NCBI RefSeq assembly: GCF_009914755.1
Contig: NC_060941.1
Direction: 5' to 3' (one strand)
DNA: 64,000 bases
DNA from: the human T2T-CHM13v2.0 reference genome, Homo sapiens
Below, piece after piece: positions 52,501-64,000 of the stretch. Position 1 is the stretch's first letter, and every line of letters begins with the position of its first letter. The position numbers and the translations under genes were made by a program. The notes below the pieces were generated by a model. The model did no database searches. It was not told the DNA's origin and saw only the letters and a program-made list of their open reading frames with translations.

Positions 52501-55500
52501 TGAAGATTTCGTTGGAAACGGGAGAATCTTCACAGGAAAGCTAAACAGAAGCATTCTCAGAAACTTCTTTGTGATGCTTGCATTCAACTCACAGAGTTGA
52601 ACTTTCCTTTCGAGAGAGAAGCTTTGAAACACTCTTTTTCCAGAATCTGCAAGTGGACATTTGGAGGGCTTTGAGGCCTGTGGTGGAAAAGGAATTATCT
52701 TCCCGTAAAAGCTAGATAGAAGCATTCTCAGAAACTACTTTGTGATGATTGCATTCAAGTCACAGAGTTGAACATTCCCTTTGACAGAGCAGTTTGGAAA
52801 CTCTCTTTGTGTAGAATCTGCAAGTGGAGATACGGACCGCTTTGAGGCCTATGGTAGTAAAGGAAATAGCTTCATATAAAAGCTAGACAGTAGCATTCAC
52901 AGAAAACTCTTGGTGACGACTGAGTTTAACTCACAGAGCTGAACATTCCTTTGGATGGAGCAGTTTCGAAACACACTATTTGTAGAATGTGCAAGTGGAT
53001 ATTTAGGCCTCTCTGAGGATTTCGTTGGAAACGGGATAAACCGCACAGAACTAAACAGAAGCATTCTCAGAACCTTCTTCGTGATGTTTGCATTCAACTC
53101 ACAGTGTTGAACCTTTCTTTGATAGTTCAGGTTTGAAACGGTCTTTCTGTAGAAACTGCAAGTAGATATTTGGACCTCTCTGAGGATTTCGTTGGAAACG
53201 GGATAACCCGCACAGAACTAAAACAGAAGCATTCTCAGAACCCTCTTCGTGATGTTTGCATTCAACTCACAGTGCTGAACCTTTCTTTGATAGTTCAGCT
53301 TTGAAACACTCTTTTTGTAGAAACTGCAAGTGGATATTTGGTCCTCTCTGAGCATTTCGTTGGAAACGGGATAAACTGCACAGAACTAAACAGAAGCATT
53401 CTCAGAACCTTCTTCGTGATGTCTGCATTCAACTCACAGTGTGGAACCTTTCTTTGATAGTTCAGGTTTGAAACACTCTTTTTGTAGAAACTGCAAGGGG
53501 ATCATTGCACTCTTTGAGGAGTACCGTAGTAAAGGAAATAACTTCCTATAAAAAGAAGACAGAAGCTTTCTCAGAAAATTCTTTGGGATGATTGAGTTGA
53601 ACTCACAGAGCTGAGCATTCCTTGCGATGTAGCAGTTTAGAAACACACTTTCTGCAGAATCTGCAAGTGCATATTTGGACCTCTCTGAGGAATTCGTTGG
53701 AAACGGGATAATTTCAGCTGACTAAACAGAAGCAGTCTCAGAATCTTCCTTGTGATGTTTGCATTCAAATCCCCGAGTTGAACTTTCCTTTCAAAGTTCA
53801 CGTTTGAAACACTCTTTTTGCAGGATCTACAAGTGGATATTTGGACCACTCTGTGTCCTTCGTTCGAAACGGGTATATCTTCACATGACATCTAGACAGA
53901 AGCATCCTCAGAAGCTTCTCTGTGATGACTGCATTCAACTCACGGAGTTGAACACTCCTTTTGAGAGCGCAGTTTTGAAACTCTCTTTCTGTGGCATCTG
54001 CAAGGGGACATGTAGACCTCTTTGAAGATTTCGTTGGAAACGGAATCATCTTCACATAAAAACTATACAGATGCATTCTCAGGAACTTTTTGGTGATGTT
54101 TGTATTCAACTCCCAGAGTTGAACTTTCCTTTGGAAAGAGCAGCTATGAAACACTCTTTTTCTAGAATCTGCAAGTGGACGTTTGGAGGGCTTTGTGGTT
54201 TGTGGTGGAAAAGGAAATATCTTCACCTAAATACTAGATAGAAGCATTCTCAGAAACTGCTTTGTGATGATTGCATTCACCTCACAGAGTTGAACATTCC
54301 TATTGATAGAGCAGTTTGGAAACACTCTTGTTGTGGAATGTGCAAGTGGAGATTTGGAGCGCTTTGAGGCCTATGGTAGTAAAGGGAATAGCTTCATAGA
54401 AAAACTAGACAGAAGCATTCTCAGAAAATACTTTGTGATGATTGAGTTTAACTCACAGAGCTGAACATTCCTTTGGATGGAGCAGGTTTGAGACACACTT
54501 TTTGTAGAATCTACAAGTGGATATTTGGACCTCTCTGAGGATTTCGTTGGAAACGGGATAACTGCACCTAACTAAACGGAAGCATTCTCAGAAACTTCTT
54601 GGTGATGTTTGCATTCAAATCCCAGAGTTGAACCTTCCTTTGATAGTTCAGGTTTGAAACACTCTTTTTGTAGGATCTGCAAGTGGATATTTGGACCACT
54701 CTTTGGCCTTCGTTCGAAACGGGTATATCTTCGCATAAAATCTAGACAGAAGCCTTCTCAGAAACTTCTCTGTGATGATTGCATTCAACTCACAGAGTTG
54801 AACCCTCCTATGGATAGAGCAGTGTTGAAACTCTCTTTTTGTGGAATCTGCAAGTGGATATGTGGACCTCTCCGAAGATGTCTTTGGAAACGGGAATATC
54901 TTCACATAAAAACTAAACAGAAGCATTCTCAGAAACTTCTCTGTGATGTTTGTGTTCAACTCCCAGAGTTTCACATTGCTTTTCATAGAGTAGTTCTGAA
55001 ACATGCTTTTCGTAGTGTCTACAAGTGGACATTTGGAGCGCTTTCAGGCCTGTGGTGGAAAACGAATTATGGTCACATAAAAACTGGAGAAAAGCATTGT
55101 CAGAAACTTCTTTGTGATGATTGCATTCAACTCACAGGGTTGAAGGTTCCTTTTCAAAGAGCAGTTTCCAATCACTCTTTCTGTGGAATCTGCAAGTGGA
55201 TATTTGGACCTATTTTGAAGATTTCGTTGGAAACGGGAGAATCTTCACAGGAAAGCTAAACAGAAGCATTCTCAGAAACTTCTTTGTGATGCTTGCATTC
55301 AACTCACAGAGTTGAACTTTCCTTTCGAGAGAGAAGCTTTGAAACACTCTTTTTCCAGAATCTGCAAGTGGACATTTGGAGGGCTTTGAGGCCTGTGGTG
55401 GAAAAGGAATTATCTTCCCGTAAAAGCTAGATAGAAGCATTCTCAGAAACTACTTTGTGATGATTGCATTCAAGTCACAGAGTTGAACATTCCCTTTGAC

Positions 55501-57806
55501 AGAGCAGTTTGGAAACTCTCTTTGTGTAGAATCTGCAAGTGGAGATACGGACCGCTTTGAGGCCTATGGTAGTAAAGGAAATAGCTTCATATAAAAGCTA
55601 GACAGTAGCATTCACAGAAAACTCTTGGTGACGACTGAGTTTAACTCACAGAGCTGAACATTCCTTTGGATGGAGCAGTTTCGAAACACACTATTTGTAG
55701 AATGTGCAAGTGGATATTTAGGCCTCTCTGAGGATTTCGTTGGAAACGGGATAAACCGCACAGAACTAAACAGAAGCATTCTCAGAACCTTCTTCGTGAT
55801 GTTTGCATTCAACTCACAGTGTTGAACCTTTCTTTGATAGTTCAGGTTTGAAACGGTCTTTCTGTAGAAACTGCAAGTAGATATTTGGACCTCTCTGAGG
55901 ATTTCGTTGGAAACGGGATAACCCGCACAGAACTAAAACAGAAGCATTCTCAGAACCCTCTTCGTGATGTTTGCATTCAACTCACAGTGCTGAACCTTTC
56001 TTTGATAGTTCAGCTTTGAAACACTCTTTTTGTAGAAACTGCAAGTGGATATTTGGTCCTCTCTGAGCATTTCGTTGGAAACGGGATAAACTGCACAGAA
56101 CTAAACAGAAGCATTCTCAGAACCTTCTTCGTGATGTCTGCATTCAACTCACAGTGTGGAACCTTTCTTTGATAGTTCAGGTTTGAAACACTCTTTTTGT
56201 AGAAACTGCAAGGGGATCATTGCACTCTTTGAGGAGTACCGTAGTAAAGGAAATAACTTCCTATAAAAAGAAGACAGAAGCTTTCTCAGAAAATTCTTTG
56301 GGATGATTGAGTTGAACTCACAGAGCTGAGCATTCCTTGCGATGTAGCAGTTTAGAAACACACTTTCTGCAGAATCTGCAAGTGCATATTTGGACCTCTG
56401 TGAGGAATTCGTTGGAAACGGGATAATTTCAGCTGACTAAACAGAAGCAGTCTCAGAATCTTCTTTGTGATGTTTGCATTCAAATCCCCGAGTTGAACTT
56501 TCCTTTCAAAGTTCACGTTTGAAACACTCTTTTTGCAGGATCTACAAGTGGATATTTGGACCACTCTGTGTCCTTCGTTCGAAACGGGTATATCTTCACA
56601 TGACATCTAGACAGAAGCATCCTCAGAAGCTTCTCTGTGATGACTGCATTCAACTCACGGAGTTGAACACTCCTTTTGAGAGCGCAGTTTTGAAACTCTC
56701 TTTCTGTGGCATCTGCAAGGGGACATGTAGACCTCTTTGAAGATTTCGTTGGAAACGGAATCATCTTCACATAAAAACTATACAGATGCATTCTCAGGAA
56801 CTTTTTGGTGATGTTTGTATTCAACTCCCAGAGTTGAACTTTCCTTTGGAAAGAGCAGCTATGAAACACTCTTTTTCTAGAATCTGCAAGTGGACGTTTG
56901 GAGGGCTTTGTGGTTTGTGGTGGAAAAGGAAATATCTTCACCTAAATACTAGATAGAAGCATTCTCAGAAACTGCTTTGTGATGATTGCATTCACCTCAC
57001 AGAGTTGAACATTCCTATTGATAGAGCAGTTTGGAAACACTCTTGTTGTGGAATGTGCAAGTGGAGATTTGGAGCGCTTTGAGGCCTATGGTAGTAAAGG
57101 GAATAGCTTCATAGAAAAACTAGACAGAAGCATTCTCAGAAAATACTTTGTGATGATTGAGTTTAACTCACAGAGCTGAACATTCCTTTGGATGGAGCAG
57201 GTTTGAGACACACTTTTTGTAGAATCTACAAGTGGATATTTGGACCTCTCTGAGGATTTCGTTGGAAACGGGATAACTGCACCTAACTAAACGGAAGCAT
57301 TCTCAGAAACTTCTTGGTGATGTTTGCATTCAAATCCCAGAGTTGAACCTTCCTTTGATAGTTCAGGTTTGAAACACTCTTTTTGTAGGATCTGCAAGTG
57401 GATATTTGGACCACTCTGTGGCCTTCGTTCGAAACGGGTATATCTTCGCATAAAATCTAGACAGAAGCCTTCTCAGAAACTTCTCTGTGATGATTGCATT
57501 CAACTCACAGAGTTGAACCCTCCTATGGATAGAGCAGTGTTGAAACTCTCTTTTTGTGGAATCTGCAAGTGGATATGTGGACCTCTCCGAAGATGTCTTT
57601 GGAAACGGGAATATCTTCACATAAAAACTAAACAGAAGCATTCTCAGAAACTTCTCTGTGATGTTTGTGTTCAACTCCCAGAGTTTCACATTGCTTTTCA
57701 TAGAGTAGTTCTGAAACATGCTTTTCGTAGTGTCTACAAGTGGACATTTGGAGCGCTTTCAGGCCTGTGGTGGAAAACGAATTATGGTCACATAAAAACT
57801 GGAGAG

Positions 57807-60800
57807 AAGCATTGTCAGAAACTTCTTTGTGATGATTGCATTCAACTCACAGGGTTGAAGGTTCCTTTTCAAAGAGCAGTTTCCAATCACTCTTTCTGTG
57901 GAATCTGCAAGTGGATATTTGGACCTATTTTGAAGATTTCGTTGGAAACGGGAGAATCTTCACAGGAAAGCTAAACAGAAGCATTCTCAGAAACTTCTTT
58001 GTGATGCTTGCATTCAACTCACAGAGTTGAACTTTCCTTTCGAGAGAGAAGCTTTGAAACACTCTTTTTCCAGAATCTGCAAGTGGACATTTGGAGGGCT
58101 TTGAGGCCTGTGGTGGAAAAGGAATTATCTTCCCGTAAAAGCTAGATAGAAGCATTCTCAGAAACTACTTTGTGATGATTGCATTCAAGTCACAGAGTTG
58201 AACATTCCCTTTGACAGAGCAGTTTGGAAACTCTCTTTGTGTAGAATCTGCAAGTGGAGATACGGACCGCTTTGAGGCCTATGGTAGTAAAGGAAATAGC
58301 TTCATATAAAAGCTAGACAGTAGCATTCACAGAAAACTCTAGGTGACGACTGAGTTTAACTCACAGAGCTGAACATTCCTTTGGATGGAGCAGTTTCGAA
58401 ACACACTATTTGTAGAATGTGCAAGTGGATATTTGGGCCTCTCTGAGGATTTCGTTGGAAACGGGATAAACCGCACAGAACTAAACAGAAGCATTCTCAG
58501 AACCTTCTTCGTGATGTTTGCATTCAACTCACAGTGTTGAACCTTTCTTTGATAGTTCAGGTTTGAAACGGTCTTTCTGTAGAAACTGCAAGTAGATATT
58601 TGGACCTCTCTGAGGATTTCGTTGGAAACGGGATAACCCGCACAGAACTAAAACAGAAGCATTCTCAGAACCCTCTTCGTGATGTTTGCATTCAACTCAC
58701 AGTGCTGAACCTTTCTTTGATAGTTCAGCTTTGAAACACTCTTTTTGTAGAAACTGCAAGTGGATATTTGGTCCTCTCTGAGGATTTCGTTGGAAACGGG
58801 ATAAACTGCACAGAACTAAACAGAAGCATTCTCAGAACCTTCTTCGTGATGTCTGCATTCAACTCACAGTGTGGAACCTTTCTTTGATAGTTCAGGTTTG
58901 AAACACTCTTTTTGTAGAAACTGCAAGGGGATCATTGCACTCTTTGAGGAGTACCGTAGTAAAGGAAATAACTTCCTATAAAAAGAAGACAGAAGCTTTC
59001 TCAGAAAATTCTTTGGGATGATTGAGTTGAACTCACAGAGCTGAGCATTCCTTGCGATGTAGCAGTTTAGAAACACACTTTCTGCAGAATCTGCAAGTGC
59101 ATATTTGGACCTCTGTGAGGAATTCGTTGGAAACGGGATAATTTCAGCTGACTAAACAGAAGCAGTCTCAGAATCTTCTTTGTGATGTTTGCATTCAAAT
59201 CCCCGAGTTGAACTTTCCTTTCAAAGTTCACGTTTGAAACACTCTTTTTGCAGGATCTACAAGTGGATATTTGGACCACTCTGTGTCCTTCGTTCGAAAC
59301 GGGTATATCTTCACATGACATCTAGACAGAAGCATCCTCAGAAGCTTCTCTGTGATGACTGCATTCAACTCACGGAGTTGAACACTCCTTTTGAGAGCGC
59401 AGTTTTGAAACTCTCTTTCTGTGGCATCTGCAAGGGGACATGTAGACCTCTTTGAAGATTTCGTTGGAAACGGAATCATCTTCACATAAAAACTAGACAG
59501 ATGCATTCTCAGGAACTTTTTGGTGATGTTTGTATTCAACTCCCAGAGTTGAACTTTCCTTTGGAAAGAGCAGCTATGAAACACTGTTTTTCTAGAATCT
59601 GCAAGTGGACGTTTGGAGGGCTTTGTGGTTTGTGGTGGAAAAGGAAATATCTTCACCTAAATACTAGATAGAAGCATTCTCAGAAACTGCTTTGTGATGA
59701 TTGCATTCACCTCACAGAGTTGAACATTCCTATTGATAGAGCAGTTTGGAAACACTCTTGTTGTGGAATGTGCAAGTGGAGATTTGGAGCGCTTTGAGGC
59801 CTATGGTAGTAAAGGGAATAGCTTCATAGAAAAACTAGACAGAAGCATTCTCAGAAAATACTTTGTGATGATTGAGTTTAACTCACAGAGCTGAACATTC
59901 CTTTGGATGGAGCAGGTTTGAGACACACTTTTTGTAGAATCTACAAGTGGATATTTGGACCTCTCTGAGGATTTCGTTGGAAACGCGATAACTGCACCTA
60001 ACTAAACGGAAGCATTCTCAGAAACTTCTTGGTGATGTTTGCATTCAAATCCCAGAGTTGAACCTTCCTTTGATAGTTCAGGTTTGAAACACTCTTTTTG
60101 TAGGATCTGCAAGTGGATATTTGGACCACTCTGTGGCCTTCGTTCGAAACGGGTATATCTTCGCATAAAATCTAGACAGAAGCCTTCTCAGAAACTTCTC
60201 TGTGATGATTGCATTCAACTCACAGAGTTGAACCCTCCTATGGATAGAGCAGTGTTGAAACTCTCTTTTTGTGGAATCTGCAAGTGGATATGTGGACCTC
60301 TCCGAAGATGTCTTTGGAAACGGGAATATCTTCACATAAAAACTAAACAGAAGCATTCTCAGAAACTTCTCTGTGATGTTTGTGTTCAACTCCCAGAGTT
60401 TCACATTGCTTTTCATAGAGTAGTTCTGAAACATGCTTTTCGTAGTGTCTACAAGTGGACATTTGGAGCGCTTTCAGGCCTGTGGTGGAAAACGAATTAT
60501 GGTCACATAAAAACTGGAGAAAAGCATTGTCAGAAACTTCTTTGTGATGATTGCATTCAACTCACAGGGTTGAAGGTTCCTTTTCAAAGAGCAGTTTCCA
60601 ATCACTCTTTCTGTGGAATCTGCAAGTGGATATTTGGACCTATTTTGAAGATTTCGTTGGAAACGGGAGAATCTTCACAGGAAAGCTAAACAGAAGCATT
60701 CTCAGAAACTTCTTTGTGATGCTTGCATTCAACTCACAGAGTTGAACTTTCCTTTCGAGAGAGAAGCTTTGAAACACTCTTTTTCCAGAATCTGCAAGTG

Positions 60801-63770
60801 GACATTTGGAGGGCTTTGAGGCCTGTGGTGGAAAAGGAATTATCTTCCCGTAAAAGCTAGATAGAAGCATTCTCAGAAACTACTTTGTGATGATTGCATT
60901 CAAGTCACAGAGTTGAACATTCCCTTTGACAGAGCAGTTTGGAAACTCTCTTTGTGTAGAATCTGCAAGTGGAGATACGGACCGCTTTGAGGCCTATGGT
61001 AGTAAAGGAAATAGCTTCATATAAAAGCTAGACAGTAGCATTCACAGAAAACTCTAGGTGACGACTGAGTTTAACTCACAGAGCTGAACATTCCTTTGGA
61101 TGGAGCAGTTTCGAAACACACTATTTGTAGAATGTGCAAGTGGATATTTGGGCCTCTCTGAGGATTTCGTTGGAAACGGGATAAACCGCACAGAACTAAA
61201 CAGAAGCATTCTCAGAACCTTCTTCGTGATGTTTGCATTCAACTCACAGTGTTGAACCTTTCTTTGATAGTTCAGGTTTGAAACGGTCTTTCTGTAGAAA
61301 CTGCAAGTAGATATTTGGACCTCTCTGAGGATTTCGTTGGAAACGGGATAACCCGCACAGAACTAAAACAGAAGCATTCTCAGAACCCTCTTCGTGATGT
61401 TTGCATTCAACTCACAGTGCTGAACCTTTCTTTGATAGTTCAGCTTTGAAACACTCTTTTTGTAGAAACTGCAAGTGGATATTTGGTCCTCTCTGAGGAT
61501 TTCGTTGGAAACGGGATAAACTGCACAGAACTAAACAGAAGCATTCTCAGAACCTTCTTCGTGATGTCTGCATTCAACTCACAGTGTGGAACCTTTCTTT
61601 GATAGTTCAGGTTTGAAACACTCTTTTTGTAGAAACTGCAAGGGGATCATTGCACTCTTTGAGGAGTACCGTAGTAAAGGAAATAACTTCCTATAAAAAG
61701 AAGACAGAAGCTTTCTCAGAAAATTCTTTGGGATGATTGAGTTGAACTCACAGAGCTGAGCATTCCTTGCGATGTAGCAGTTTAGAAACACACTTTCTGC
61801 AGAATCTGCAAGTGCATATTTGGACCTCTGTGAGGAATTCGTTGGAAACGGGATAATTTCAGCTGACTAAACAGAAGCAGTCTCAGAATCTTCTTTGTGA
61901 TGTTTGCATTCAAATCCCCGAGTTGAACTTTCCTTTCAAAGTTCACGTTTGAAACACTCTTTTTGCAGGATCTACAAGTGGATATTTGGACCACTCTGTG
62001 TCCTTCGTTCGAAACGGGTATATCTTCACATGACATCTAGACAGAAGCATCCTCAGAAGCTTCTCTGTGATGACTGCATTCAACTCACGGAGTTGAACAC
62101 TCCTTTTGAGAGCGCAGTTTTGAAACTCTCTTTCTGTGGCATCTGCAAGGGGACATGTAGACCTCTTTGAAGATTTCGTTGGAAACGGAATCATCTTCAC
62201 ATAAAAACTAGACAGATGCATTCTCAGGAACTTTTTGGTGATGTTTGTATTCAACTCCCAGAGTTGAACTTTCCTTTGGAAAGAGCAGCTATGAAACACT
62301 GTTTTTCTAGAATCTGCAAGTGGACGTTTGGAGGGCTTTGTGGTTTGTGGTGGAAAAGGAAATATCTTCACCTAAATACTAGATAGAAGCATTCTCAGAA
62401 ACTGCTTTGTGATGATTGCATTCACCTCACAGAGTTGAACATTCCTATTGATAGAGCAGTTTGGAAACACTCTTGTTGTGGAATGTGCAAGTGGAGATTT
62501 GGAGCGCTTTGAGGCCTATGGTAGTAAAGGGAATAGCTTCATAGAAAAACTAGACAGAAGCATTCTCAGAAAATACTTTGTGATGATTGAGTTTAACTCA
62601 CAGAGCTGAACATTCCTTTGGATGGAGCAGGTTTGAGACACACTTTTTGTAGAATCTACAAGTGGATATTTGGACCTCTCTGAGGATTTCGTTGGAAACG
62701 CGATAACTGCACCTAACTAAACGGAAGCATTCTCAGAAACTTCTTGGTGATGTTTGCATTCAAATCCCAGAGTTGAACCTTCCTTTGATAGTTCAGGTTT
62801 GAAACACTCTTTTTGTAGGATCTGCAAGTGGATATTTGGACCACTCTGTGGCCTTCGTTCGAAACGGGTATATCTTCGCATAAAATCTAGACAGAAGCCT
62901 TCTCAGAAACTTCTCTGTGATGATTGCATTCAACTCACAGAGTTGAACCCTCCTATGGATAGAGCAGTGTTGAAACTCTCTTTTTGTGGAATCTGCAAGT
63001 GGATATGTGGACCTCTCCGAAGATGTCTTTGGAAACGGGAATATCTTCACATAAAAACTAAACAGAAGCATTCTCAGAAACTTCTCTGTGATGTTTGTGT
63101 TCAACTCCCAGAGTTTCACATTGCTTTTCATAGAGTAGTTCTGAAACATGCTTTTCGTAGTGTCTACAAGTGGACATTTGGAGCGCTTTCAGGCCTGTGG
63201 TGGAAAACGAATTATGGTCACATAAAAACTGGAGAAAAGCATTGTCAGAAACTTCTTTGTGATGATTGCATTCAACTCACAGGGTTGAAGGTTCCTTTTC
63301 AAAGAGCAGTTTCCAATCACTCTTTCTGTGGAATCTGCAAGTGGATATTTGGACCTATTTTGAAGATTTCGTTGGAAACGGGAGAATCTTCACAGGAAAG
63401 CTAAACAGAAGCATTCTCAGAAACTTCTTTGTGATGCTTGCATTCAACTCACAGAGTTGAACTTTCCTTTCGAGAGAGAAGCTTTGAAACACTCTTTTTC
63501 CAGAATCTGCAAGTGGACATTTGGAGGGCTTTGAGGCCTGTGGTGGAAAAGGAATTATCTTCCCGTAAAAGCTAGATAGAAGCATTCTCAGAAACTACTT
63601 TGTGATGATTGCATTCAAGTCACAGAGTTGAACATTCCCTTTGACAGAGCAGTTTGGAAACTCTCTTTGTGTAGAATCTGCAAGTGGAGATACGGACCGC
63701 TTTGAGGCCTATGGTAGTAAAGGAAATAGCTTCATATAAAAGCTAGACAGTAGCATTCACAGAAAACTCT
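57807..63770 (+). repeat. Recent single-HOR tandem duplication
   Basis: Private SNV pairs 58341/61056, 59496/62211 and 59986/62701 are each exactly 2715 bp apart. Confidence 0.75.
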
Positions 63771-64000
63771 TGGTGACGACTGAGTTTAACTCACAGAGCT
63801 GAACATTCCTTTGGATGGAGCAGTTTCGAAACACACTATTTGTAGAATGTGCAAGTGGATATTTAGGCCTCTCTGAGGATTTCGTTGGAAACGGGATAAA
63901 CCGCACAGAACTAAACAGAAGCATTCTCAGAACCTTCTTCGTGATGTTTGCATTCAACTCACAGTGTTGAACCTTTCTTTGATAGTTCAGGTTTGAAACG

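Larger units (their letters stand above)
1..64000 (+). repeat. D17Z1: Alpha-satellite higher-order-repeat array, 2,715-bp 16-mer, ~23.6 copies; most likely human chr17 D17Z1 (suprachromosomal family 3)
   Basis: Alphoid monomer motifs (CATTCTCAGAAAC...TGTGATG...CATTCAACTCACAGAGTTGAAC...TGCAAGTGGA...) recur every ~170 bp. Every ORF in the track recurs at exactly +2715 (309, 3024, 5739 ... 62754). A 2.7-kb 16-mer with one EcoRI site and a triplicated monomer segment is the established D17Z1 structure. The locus assignment is from recall, not alignment. Confidence 0.95.

Noticed and set aside
348-63957. All other 61-142-aa ORFs on both strands
   Set aside because: They are overlapping, repeat-derived frames that appear or vanish with single SNVs (e.g. 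7901/29621 and the 71-aa ORFs). There is no gene structure or recognisable domain.
1-64000. Embedded LINE/Alu insertion, inversion or hidden unique sequence
   Set aside because: The exact 2715-bp register and constant orientation hold from start to end, leaving no room for an insertion.

Overview
The whole 64-kb window is primate centromeric alpha-satellite DNA: about 23.6 head-to-tail copies of a 2,715-bp higher-order repeat (HOR) made of 16 monomers of 167-172 bp, all in one orientation. I saw no indels, inversions, transposon insertions or unique sequence. The unit length, the single EcoRI site per unit and the SF3 pentamer-derived monomer order, with an internal ~168-bp triplication, match the human chromosome 17 D17Z1 16-mer. 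Each HOR carries 8 intact and 2 degenerate CENP-B boxes. All ORFs in the track are artefacts of translating the satellite. I find no new gene system. The informative signal lies in the single-base variants between HOR copies (units U1-U24, starting at 1+2715n; 'offset' means position within a unit). These record a ~12.7-kb block duplicated at an 8-HOR (21,720-bp) spacing, a 2-HOR alternation of variants, a very recent single-HOR duplication, a haplotype-domain switch near 49 kb, recombination or conversion mosaics, and four mutated CENP-B boxes. Variants were read by eye, so the lists may be incomplete.
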